Part shown: positions 8,029-15,801 of the stretch, one piece after another
Layout: each line of letters starts with the position of its first letter
Numbering within the stretch: the stretch's first letter is position 1
Assembly (NCBI GenBank): GCA_043827405.1
Contig: JBDRPD010000024.1
Location: 1-49,892, forward strand
Origin: Elusimicrobiota bacterium
Lineage (GTDB): Bacteria; Elusimicrobiota; Elusimicrobia; UBA1565
Reading direction: 5' to 3'
DNA length: 49,892 nucleotides
Notes under the pieces: generated by a model
Told to the model about the DNA's origin: nothing
Database searches by the model: none
What the model saw: only the letters and a program-made list of their open reading frames with translations
Translations under genes and position numbers: made by a program

Positions 8029-9837
8029 ATGGCGAAGAGTCTTTTGATGGAAGTGGTGTTGCTCGGGGAGGGCAGCTTTGGGCAGACCTTCCTCGTGCAC
8101 GACCTCAGCAAACGGTTCGGAGCGCCGCTCCTTGTTATGAAGATTCCAAAGGATAGTACCGGGGTTGTAGATGACGACATTAAGAACGAAATTAACACTT
8201 TAATACGTCTCGCCCCCCACAGTAATGTTGTGAAACTGCTTGGTATTGAGGAGTTTCGAGGCCACGCATGCATTGTGATGGAACATGTCAACGGAGGTAA
8301 TTTACGAGATCCAGCAGACAATTGGAGCAAAGCTTTTCGCTCCGGGAGAGAGCAACAAATTCTTGAAGCTGAAGCCGCTATCCGCCAAATATGCCTTGGC
8401 TTAAAGCACATACATGACAAACAAGTTATACACCGGGACCTAAAACTCGAGAACATCCTCTATGAAGATGGCGGCGAAGGCATACTTATAAAAATCTGCG
8501 ATTTCGGTCTATCCAGGACCTTCAAAGCAGACGACTGGACGACAGTCGGGGGAACCCTCCCCTATATGGCCCCCGAAACCCTGGAAGGGACCTACAGCTA
8601 CTCTACTGACATTTATGCACTAGGCGCAATTATATACCGCATAATAACTGGGAAATTTCCCTTGGACTTCGGCGATTGTCGAGACTCCACTGAAAAGAAA
8701 GAAGTAATTCGAACGGAACGACCACAAACGCCCGATAAGGTGATTGGCAGAGCCGCTGGAACACTCGGCGATATCGCTGCGAAGTGTCTTGAAAAGAGCC
8801 CCGAAGCCCGCTATGGATCGATTGATGACATCCTTCGCGCACTCCCGACAGCCACGCCCACGCAAAGGTCCCCGGCCCCCCCCTCAAGCGCTCCTGCGAC
8901 AAAGCCGCCCGATATCACTGAAGCTATAAAAGAGAAACTCTCTGGGTGCGGAATAACCATCGACTCCGAAAAATCCATTGAGTATGGGATCCAACTTGTA
9001 GCGCGTTTAGGTGGAGAGAAAAACAATATCAATATCTACACAGGCAAAAAGGGAACGAAGGTGATTGTCGGCGGAAAACAGGGAGCCTTGTTCCAACAAC
9101 TCCAGGAGATCCATAAAGAACTCGGCATTGGGGCCTCCGCCCAACAACGCAAAGCATCACCTGCGGCGGCCCTCCCTCCGTTACCCGCGCCACCATGGAT
9201 CGGCACTGACGAGTCGGGCAAGGGGGATTATTTTGGACCTCTTGTCATCGCAGGCGCCTACGTCGAGCCAAGCCTCCTCGAAGTTTTGCATGAACTAGGA
9301 ATACGGGACAGCAAGCGCCTTAGCGACAAGCGGATTCGCCTACTGGCAGGCCAAATCCGTCGACTGATGAAGAAGGAGCATTTTGCCGTAGTCGAAATTA
9401 AACCAGAGACTTACAACAAGCTGTACGCAGAGTTCCGTAATGAGGGGAAGAACCTGAACACCCTCCTTGCCTGGGGGCACGCACGAGCGATTGAAGATAT
9501 TATCTCAATGCAGCCCTGCGAGACCGTTATCGCCGACCAATTTGGTGATGAAAGCTATATCAAATCCAAACTACTCAAGAGCACCAAGGACCAACGAGTA
9601 AACCTCATACAGCGACACAAGGCGGAAGCCAACATCGCCGTCGCTACTGCGTCCATCCTCGCTAGAGACAGGTATCTTGATTGGCTCGAGCGAGCATTTA
9701 AAGAATGGGGCGAGCCTCTGCCTAAGGGGGCGTCAAATTTGGTTCTTGAAGCGGCCAAGCGTTTTTCCAAATGTAACGGACATGACAACCTTGTTAAAGT
9801 GGCAAAACTACATTTTAAGACGACTCAAAGGATTTAG
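8029..9837 (+). CDS. Ser/Thr protein kinase - ribonuclease HIII fusion protein
   Basis: Hanks kinase motifs GEGSFG, VMK, HRDLKLEN, DFG, APE, DIYALG. Then a Pro-rich linker, a TBP-like segment (GIQL...INIYTGKKGTKVIVGG) and the RNase HIII core (IGTDESGKGDYFGPLV, DSKRL, IADQF, KAE..IAVATASILAR). Alternative GTG start at 8014. Confidence 0.9.
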   Translation: MAKSLLMEVVLLGEGSFGQTFLVHDLSKRFGAPLLVMKIPKDSTGVVDDDIKNEINTLIRLAPHSNVVKLLGIEEFRGHACIVMEHVNGGNLRDPADNWSKAFRSGREQQILEAEAAIRQICLGLKHIHDKQVIHRDLKLENILYEDGGEGILIKICDFGLSRTFKADDWTTVGGTLPYMAPETLEGTYSYSTDIYALGAIIYRIITGKFPLDFGDCRDSTEKKEVIRTERPQTPDKVIGRAAGTLGDIAAKCLEKSPEARYGSIDDILRALPTATPTQRSPAPPSSAPATKPPDITEAIKEKLSGCGITIDSEKSIEYGIQLVARLGGEKNNINIYTGKKGTKVIVGGKQGALFQQLQEIHKELGIGASAQQRKASPAAALPPLPAPPWIGTDESGKGDYFGPLVIAGAYVEPSLLEVLHELGIRDSKRLSDKRIRLLAGQIRRLMKKEHFAVVEIKPETYNKLYAEFRNEGKNLNTLLAWGHARAIEDIISMQPCETVIADQFGDESYIKSKLLKSTKDQRVNLIQRHKAEANIAVATASILARDRYLDWLERAFKEWGEPLPKGASNLVLEAAKRFSKCNGHDNLVKVAKLHFKTTQRI

Positions 9838-9839
9838 TT

Positions 9840-11111
9840 ATGAATGAAGAACTAAAACAACTATTTTCAAAACATAAGTATTTCGCCTGCATCAAACAGA
9901 TTGAGTCATCTCCAGGGACTGAGCAGGCCCAAGACGTCGCGAAAGTGTTTTTATCGAGCCTGCTAGGAACAGGCCAGCATGAGCGGGCCATAGAATTCTG
10001 CAAACGAAAAATCGAAGAGGCAAAAAGCCGCAAAGATAGAAATGATTGGCAGTACCGGCTGGCAGGAGCCTACCTTGAAACTAAACCCGAATTGGCTCTT
10101 GAAGCGATCCAAACCCATCTGCGGGAATTCAAGCAAAGCATTCACGGCAGAGCGGTCGCTATCCGGATCTGTTCGAAGCTCGCTCGGCACTCAGCTGCCG
10201 AGCAGTACTACAGAGAAGGGATAGACATCATCCAAGCACTCCCAGAAGCCAAGAAAAAAAGTTTTGGGTCCCTGATCGCGATGCTTCACAAGGACTACGG
10301 GGATTTCCTCCACAAAGTAGCAGAATCTAATCAAGACCACGAGAAGAAGCAGGCTGCTTGCGAGGCATTCCAGCATGCCGCCAATGCACACCCAGGAAAC
10401 CACTTAAACTGGTACCACCTCGGGAAAGTTCATTTTGAGTTGCATAATTTGGATGAGGCGAAAGCAGCTTTCGCGCACGCACTAAAAATTAAGGAGGAAC
10501 CCTATATCATCCACCAACTTGCGCAAGTCGAAGCTGCGAGGGGGCACGACGAAGAGGCTGTTAAGATATACAGCCAAATCCCCGACAAACGCCGACAGCC
10601 ATATGTGTGGTCGAAGCTCGGCCAGTGTCTCGAACGTTTAGGGAAACAACGGGAGGCTGGACGCGCTTACCGTGAAGCAATCGCACGGGAGTCGAACAAG
10701 CATTATCACCACCTCTACTTGGGCCGCCTTTTTATGGCAATGAATGCGAAAACGCAGGCCATAAGGGAGTTTGAGGAAACGCGCAAACTACACAAGAGTG
10801 AGTTTGGCCCCGACCATTCAGCGGCACGTGAGCTCATCGAAAAATGCAAGCAGATGGAAGAAGACACAACCGTGACCTTTCGGGAAGCTGCTAAAGTGAA
10901 AAAAGAACGTGGAGTGATCGCCCGCTACAATATGGATAAGGGCTTTGGCTTTATAGATTTTGGATCAAAAAGTCTCTTCTTCCACATCACCGACATCAAA
11001 GACCAATCAAGAAAGGGAACCCCTTCCAGCGGGCAGCGGGTATTGTTTCTCGTAAAAGAAACACCGAAGGGGTTCGCGGCGAGTGAGGTTGAGCGTGCAT
11101 CCGCAGATTAG
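9840..11111 (+). CDS. TPR-repeat protein with C-terminal cold-shock (OB-fold) domain
   Basis: Repeated TPR-like helices (WYHLGKVHFELHNLDEAKAAF, WSKLGQCLERLGKQREA). C-terminal GVIARYNMDKGFGFI...LFFHITDI...GQRVLF...KGFAASEV. Starts 2 bp after the kinase stop. Confidence 0.85.
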   Translation: MNEELKQLFSKHKYFACIKQIESSPGTEQAQDVAKVFLSSLLGTGQHERAIEFCKRKIEEAKSRKDRNDWQYRLAGAYLETKPELALEAIQTHLREFKQSIHGRAVAIRICSKLARHSAAEQYYREGIDIIQALPEAKKKSFGSLIAMLHKDYGDFLHKVAESNQDHEKKQAACEAFQHAANAHPGNHLNWYHLGKVHFELHNLDEAKAAFAHALKIKEEPYIIHQLAQVEAARGHDEEAVKIYSQIPDKRRQPYVWSKLGQCLERLGKQREAGRAYREAIARESNKHYHHLYLGRLFMAMNAKTQAIREFEETRKLHKSEFGPDHSAARELIEKCKQMEEDTTVTFREAAKVKKERGVIARYNMDKGFGFIDFGSKSLFFHITDIKDQSRKGTPSSGQRVLFLVKETPKGFAASEVERASAD

Positions 11112-11117
11112 GGCCGA

Positions 11118-11300
11118 TTAGTTATCCGCGGCGCTCACAGCATCGCCCGCACCATAGTCGACGTCAACCTCGAGGTTCCAACGATAAAAGGTCGTTTCGG
11201 TGATACCATGCTTGCGGCAAGCGTCTTTTATGCTGCCGCTGGTGTCGGCTTCCCGCAGGATCGCTACGATCTGTTCCGGCTTGAATTTTTTCCGTGCCAT
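11118..11300 (-). pseudogene. Truncated IS3-family transposase OrfA fragment
   Basis: MARKKFKPEQIVAILREA...KDACRKHGITETTFYRW, then homology ends; no OrfB. Confidence 0.8.
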
Positions 11301-11414
11301 TCATCCCCCATCGCGACCCAGTCCCAAGAAACTCCGCCAAAACTAGAGTTAGGAATTTCGTAAGTTCAATAATATTATTGTTATTAGATCGTTTGTTATT
11401 ATTAAAGGAATAAT

Positions 11415-12704
11415 ATGGGAAAACGGAAAAAGAGGATTGTCTACCTGATCGGGGCAGGAGCTTCTATCGCTGTCGATCCCGTAGTCCCCGGTATGGATAA
11501 TTTTCTGGACTGCGCTCTAAACAATCTCGAGGGTCCTGAAGATGCCTCATGTGTTTTAGCTTTGGAGAAGCTTCGGGAATTGGCGACTTTCCCATTCTCG
11601 GGCCATCTCGAAACACCGTGGCCTTTAAGTGGCCTCCACGACGAACGAAGACTCACGCAGTTTAAAGGTTTTTATAAGACGTTCCTGAGCGAGCGTGCCC
11701 AGCACAAAAAACCTGGATATAATAACTTGGAATCCATTTTTGACGAAGCTACTATGGGCTGGCATAAGGATGGCGGAGAAGCCCATAGACGTCTGACAAC
11801 CTTGATTGGGTGGTTGTTCTCAAAACTGGATCAAAAATTATCTACATCATTAACCTCATCGAAGAACCCCTATCGAATTCTGGGAGGCTGGCTCTCTGAG
11901 AAGGCCGCATCGGAATACCAGCATCTATTGATTTCATTTAATTATGATGTTTGGCTTGAGCAAGCATTGTTCGATTCACATGTGGGAGGCCGCAGATTAT
12001 GGCATCCAAGTGACGGTTACTGTATGCCAAGCCATTCGACACTATTCGGCGGATATCTCGGCCCTTCAGATAGAGAGCAGAGTCGCAGACAACAGGCGAA
12101 TCACTCCAAGGGTGACATAGGCACGATGGTTCCGCTTGAGGCGCGCCTCTTTCGCAATATTCCGAAGCGATCTAGGATCAAGATATTGAAACCTCATGGG
12201 TCACTATCTTGGGTGCGCCCCGTAGAAAAGCCCTACTCTACACCACCGTTGCTACTCCTCGACGTTGATGAGATCCATACTAATACGCTCGCAGGAAATG
12301 TCGTTCACCTCGAGAAAGGTCAGGAATTAATCAATATCAAGCAGCAAACGACATCGCCGGATAGGTACTTCCCACTAATTGTTCCGCCTGCGACAGTGAA
12401 GGCTCGTTCTGGAAGGGTTTTTTGGGAAATTCAGAAAGAACTAGATTCTCAGATCAATAGTGCTGATGTTGTTGTTGTTATTGGATGGAGTATGCCGGAT
12501 ACTGATATCGACTCACGTTCACGAATGCAAGGAATTATATCGAGGCGGAATAAGCAGCTGGAAAAATTAATCGTCTGCAACTTCCACCAACCCGATCCAT
12601 TTTATACTAAATTTGAGAATCTTTTTTGGCCAGAAACCGAACCAATATTCTGGGATGAAGGATTTAATAGGGATTTTGTCGAAAAATGTCTCACGTGTCT
12701 CTAG
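11415..12704 (+). CDS. SIR2-like domain protein, putative NADase defence effector
   Basis: YLIGAGAS, ISFNYDVWLEQAL, LKPHGSLSW, LIVPP and VIGWSMPDTD motifs. Confidence 0.85.
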   Translation: MGKRKKRIVYLIGAGASIAVDPVVPGMDNFLDCALNNLEGPEDASCVLALEKLRELATFPFSGHLETPWPLSGLHDERRLTQFKGFYKTFLSERAQHKKPGYNNLESIFDEATMGWHKDGGEAHRRLTTLIGWLFSKLDQKLSTSLTSSKNPYRILGGWLSEKAASEYQHLLISFNYDVWLEQALFDSHVGGRRLWHPSDGYCMPSHSTLFGGYLGPSDREQSRRQQANHSKGDIGTMVPLEARLFRNIPKRSRIKILKPHGSLSWVRPVEKPYSTPPLLLLDVDEIHTNTLAGNVVHLEKGQELINIKQQTTSPDRYFPLIVPPATVKARSGRVFWEIQKELDSQINSADVVVVIGWSMPDTDIDSRSRMQGIISRRNKQLEKLIVCNFHQPDPFYTKFENLFWPETEPIFWDEGFNRDFVEKCLTCL

Positions 12705-12734
12705 CGTGTTGATCTAAGCTATTTAAGAAGATTT

Positions 12735-13043
12735 TTATACATATTTCTCGCATTTTTTACGGAGTTCTTTTGTTTTATCAAGAATTCCTTGAATGACCTC
12801 CTTGGGGCGCCCTGGCTTCGCGTGTAGTAAGCAGTATTCTAATTCTGTTATAGACATATCTGGAGCAGGTGCTATTTTATCCATCCATGAGCAGGATTCG
12901 TTCTCACATCTATTCGCTCGTATATTGCGATCATACTGTAAAGACTTTTCGTTACAGTTTGGACATTCCGAACAGTTCTCGCCATAAATTGGGTCAAAGA
13001 CGTCTTTTTTGGCAGGTTTTGTGAGCAAATTAAGTTCTGTCAT
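12735..13043 (-). CDS. Small Cys-rich (Zn-ribbon) protein
   Basis: CPNC...RCENESCSW; ATG at 13043 overlaps the 3' end of the deaminase gene. Confidence 0.6.
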   Translation of the reverse strand: MTELNLLTKPAKKDVFDPIYGENCSECPNCNEKSLQYDRNIRANRCENESCSWMDKIAPAPDMSITELEYCLLHAKPGRPKEVIQGILDKTKELRKKCEKYV

Positions 13044-14226
13044 AGACCCTCTCAAATGCGCGAGCTTTTATGCCTTCAAATTTTTTTAATTCAACTTTAG
13101 CTTCTTCAAGCATCCGCCAAGCCTCAGGGGATGGGTATGGCTCGACATAGACTACCTCACGTAGCCCGATTTCAATAATCTTTTTTGCGCAAAGCAAACA
13201 GGGGAAAGTCGTCGTATATAGAACAGCGCCATTATTTAATACAGCCTCACTCCCTCTTCGCCCCAGTTGAAGTATGGCTCTCTCCTCTGCGTGAACTGCC
13301 CTGCATAAATCCAGGGCTTTGCTAATTTCGCGATATTGCTCTAATTCTGGTTGAGTTCCACAATTCGGACATTCTGAAAGGATGCACTGTATCCGAATTT
13401 TACGTCGGTTGCCTTTAGAACAGGTTAAACAACTCCTCCTTAAGTCTCTCCGGCAAGCCTGTATGCTGGCACATGTCGCCGTGCCTTGAGGAACATCATT
13501 GAAACCGCTTGATGCGACATTCGACTTCAGGTCCATGATGGCCGCGCCAACCTTTCTCTTTAAGCATGTGGACCTTTTGGCTTGCGTCCAGGCATGAGAC
13601 ATGCCAATCTCCATGGGGGTGGGGCTATAATCATCAGGATTCTCGATACGGGCTAAATAATCGTCTACTTTTTGTGTTAGATCTTGTGTTGTGGATGTGT
13701 TATTGATAACCAAATCAGCTTGGTCGACACACCTGGCTACATGTTGCCCGTGGAGTGGCTCATTCTCGCCTGAGTCACGCTGATCATCTATTTCAAAATC
13801 TTTTATATTCGTATATTCTTTGTCGTGCAGAACTCTTTCCCATCGCACTTGTTTCGAAGCGTCAATATTAATTAGGAAAAAATTAGGATATTGCCCTCTT
13901 AAAGTTCGTGCTTCCTGTTGATTGCGGATGCTTTTTACGACTATGCGTGAGGGGCGCTTTCGTTTGCCAGATTTCGCAGATGGGACGTTTTCAATTTCTA
14001 AAATCGTAAGAGAAGCGAGATGCTGTTCCCCGTTACTCTTTCGCAACTCATCTCCAATGTTTTGACTATCTCGGCGAGTTAGAGCAGGATACCCCCTTCG
14101 CTTTCCTTCAATCTTGATGGGATTTGCTAACGAGAAAATGGCGAAGCCCTTTTTCGCTAAATATTGAGCGACAGTGCCGCACCCGCTACCGAAAGAGCCT
14201 GTCAGTCCTAGTACTAGCGAGTCCAA
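13030..14226 (-). CDS. P-loop kinase - deoxycytidylate deaminase fusion (AvcD/dCTP-deaminase antiphage type)
   Basis: N-terminal GLTGSFGSGCGTVA; C-terminal STCLKRKVGA, HAEERAI and FPCLLCAKKI; TTG start with GGAG RBS. Confidence 0.85.
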   Translation of the reverse strand: MDSLVLGLTGSFGSGCGTVAQYLAKKGFAIFSLANPIKIEGKRRGYPALTRRDSQNIGDELRKSNGEQHLASLTILEIENVPSAKSGKRKRPSRIVVKSIRNQQEARTLRGQYPNFFLINIDASKQVRWERVLHDKEYTNIKDFEIDDQRDSGENEPLHGQHVARCVDQADLVINNTSTTQDLTQKVDDYLARIENPDDYSPTPMEIGMSHAWTQAKRSTCLKRKVGAAIMDLKSNVASSGFNDVPQGTATCASIQACRRDLRRSCLTCSKGNRRKIRIQCILSECPNCGTQPELEQYREISKALDLCRAVHAEERAILQLGRRGSEAVLNNGAVLYTTTFPCLLCAKKIIEIGLREVVYVEPYPSPEAWRMLEEAKVELKKFEGIKARAFERVYDRT

Positions 14227-14388
14227 ATTGTCTCCAGTATATGCTGATCAATCAAGTGAGATTAGGTAATGATAGCAATGAAATAGTCGTTTTAGTACTG
14301 CTTTTTCAGGTATAAAAACCGAGCTTATGTTTTCCTGGTTTGCCCAAAGAATACAGATTCCCATAATTGGATGGGGAAGTTTGCGGCC

Positions 14389-14417
14389 TTGACAATATAC
14401 CGTACACGGTATATACT
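14389..14417 (+). promoter_or_regulatory. Promoter with palindromic operator of the HigBA-like TA
   Basis: TTGACA (14389-94), 17 bp, TATACT (14412-17). Palindrome ATATACCGT-ac-ACGGTATAT (14395-14414) fills the spacer. Confidence 0.8.
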
Positions 14418-14454
14418 TAAATAGGTATATATTCCGGCTGGATCATCCGCGTTA

Positions 14455-14814
14455 ATGCTTCATAGAAGATACTACCCCAAAGGGGATAGGGGAAATGTCC
14501 GCGAATATCTGGACGCTCTGCGCCGGAACAGCCAGACAAAGAAGGCCGCAGCCAAGCTCGATATCGATTTGCAGACCTTGGAGGAATACTGGCCGAAAAA
14601 GTTGGGCGTCACCGTGCGTACTCTGAAGGGCTGGGAGCCGCTCAAGGAGCTTAAAAGAAAATATGACAAGATCGCCTATCGGATTTTCTTCTGCATCAGG
14701 CGAAACGAGATTTGGCTCCTCTCCGCGTATGAAAAGGCGTCGGAGGCTACGCCCAAGAAAGAGCTGGAAAAGGCATATAAGCGCATGAAAGAGGTGCTGG
14801 AGGGACGCATATGA
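14455..14814 (+). CDS. RelE/HigB-like toxin
   Basis: LKGWEPLKELK...AYRIFFC....IWLLSAYEKASEATPKKELEKA; toxin-first gene order. Confidence 0.8.
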   Translation: MLHRRYYPKGDRGNVREYLDALRRNSQTKKAAAKLDIDLQTLEEYWPKKLGVTVRTLKGWEPLKELKRKYDKIAYRIFFCIRRNEIWLLSAYEKASEATPKKELEKAYKRMKEVLEGRI

Positions 14815-15155
14815 GCGCGAGAAAGATTCCCGAATTCGACAAGGACGTCCGCAAGGCCATCGAGTCCGATCCGGAATATGCGATGGAGTATTTCGAGGAA
14901 CTTAAGACCCGACCCCTCCCCGTTCAGCTCACGCTTCTGCGCAAATTCCTCGGGCTGACCCAGGAAGACCTCGCCAAGGCGCTGGGCCTCAAGCAGACCC
15001 ATATATCTCGCCTGGAGAAGGTCGACTCCGACCATCTCCTCAGCCTTTACCGGAGGGCGGCGAAGAAGCTGGGCGCCCATCTAGCCATAGTCCCGAATGA
15101 CATGGTCCTGATCTCCAAGAAGCAGCTGAAGAGGTTGTCCGCCGCCCGCGCCTAA
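14811..15155 (+). CDS. Xre-HTH antitoxin (HigA-like)
   Basis: LRKFLGLTQEDLAKALGLKQTHISRLE; ATGA overlap with the toxin gene. Confidence 0.85.
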   Translation: MSARKIPEFDKDVRKAIESDPEYAMEYFEELKTRPLPVQLTLLRKFLGLTQEDLAKALGLKQTHISRLEKVDSDHLLSLYRRAAKKLGAHLAIVPNDMVLISKKQLKRLSAARA

Positions 15156-15162
15156 CATCTAG

Positions 15163-15183
15163 ATTTGTGCCATATTTGTGCCA
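15163..15183. repeat. Tandem 10-bp direct repeat, candidate integrase arm-type sites
   Basis: ATTTGTGCCA at 15163-72 and 15174-83, about 125 bp inside the att site. Confidence 0.5.
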
Positions 15184-15307
15184 AGTTGGGGTGAAAACAG
15201 GCGGTAATAGGTGTAAGCCCATGCATGCCCATGCAAGTCGTTTTCTCGACGAGAAACGGGCATTTTTAGGGACCGCCGTCGGACAGCGCAAACCCCCCCT
15301 TAATACA

Positions 15308-15352
15308 TTCGCAAGGTAGAGGTCAGGGGTTCGATCCCCCTCAGGTCCACCA
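15308..15352 (+). mobile_element. att site: 3' half of tRNA-Ala(CGC), right boundary of the island
   Basis: TTCGCAA-GGTAG-AGGTC-AGGGG-TTCGATC-CCCCT-CAGGTCC-ACCA gives anticodon loop, T arm, acceptor strand with U70, A73 and CCA. No 5' half is present upstream. Confidence 0.88.
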
Positions 15353-15359
15353 TTTAATA

Positions 15360-15397
15360 ACCCCACGAAATCCAAAAGATTTCGTGGGGTCTTTCTT
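15360..15397 (+). terminator. Intrinsic terminator after the tRNA fragment
   Basis: CCCCACGAAATC-caaaa-GATTTCGTGGGG followed by TCTTTCTT. Confidence 0.75.
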
Positions 15398-15417
15398 ATG
15401 GTTTCGAACTCCTCCCC

Positions 15418-15448
15418 AAAAAGACAGGCCCCGGTTTCCCGAGGCCTG
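15418..15448 (-). terminator. Intrinsic terminator / attenuator hairpin
   Basis: Minus strand CAGGCCTCGG-GAAA-CCGGGGCCTG-TCTTTTT with a GNRA loop; one pair works as G-U only on this strand. Confidence 0.7.
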
Positions 15449-15578
15449 CGCAGGGTCGTCTAACTTCCCGTCAGTCGTCCATAGTATATCAGCCTCACCG
15501 CAGACTTGCCAGTGCCGCTCGACAAAGCGGAGCGGTTCCCCAGAGGCCGTCAGCGGAATCCTTTGGGAAACCGTCGGC

Positions 15579-15651
15579 CTGCGGGGGTGGGACTCGAACC
15601 CACATCCCTCCGTTTGACTGACGGGAGACTTACCAGTTAGTCGACCCCGCA
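15579..15651 (-). tRNA. Atypical tRNA-Asp(GTC)-like RNA
   Basis: 73-nt cloverleaf: TGCGGGG/CCCCGCA acceptor, GACT/AGTC D stem, anticodon loop CAGTCAA, GTGGG-TTCGAGT-CCCAC T arm, G73. Atypical features are A33, a C-A mismatch at the top of the anticodon stem, U1-A72 and no encoded CCA. Confidence 0.75.
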
Positions 15652-15727
15652 GACCTGCCCATATTTACGAATGAGGTCCAGAATAGTTCCCTGTCGCGGG
15701 CAAATATCGAGCCAGTTGCGAAACTCG

Positions 15728-15744
15728 CCCCCGCAGGTCCACCA
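15728..15744 (+). repeat. Second, shorter copy of the tRNA-Ala 3' end (older att remnant)
   Basis: CCCCCgCAGGTCCACCA matches 15336-15352 at 16/17. Confidence 0.65.
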
Positions 15745-15756
15745 AGTTTTCAGACG

Positions 15757-15785
15757 AATAGCCCCTCTGGCAGGAGGGGCTATTT
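15757..15785. terminator. Probable bidirectional terminator
   Basis: AATAGCCCCTC-tggcag-GAGGGGCTATT between the att remnant and the convergent caspase-like gene. Confidence 0.7.
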
Positions 15786-15801
15786 GCTTGGCAGATGGTT
15801 C

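Noticed and set aside
15280..15352. Intact tRNA-Ala gene
   Set aside because: No 5' acceptor strand or D arm upstream of the anticodon loop; treated as an att duplication.
15040..15375. 111-aa minus-strand ORF (MDFVGLLNGGPEGDRTPDL...)
   Set aside because: It is the antisense reading of the tRNA 3' fragment and overlaps the antitoxin gene; a typical spurious ORF.
15502..15513. AGACTTGCCAGT, an 11/12 direct repeat of the tRNA-like D-loop region (15626-15637)
   Set aside because: Too short to interpret alone; may be chance or part of the module, so not claimed separately.
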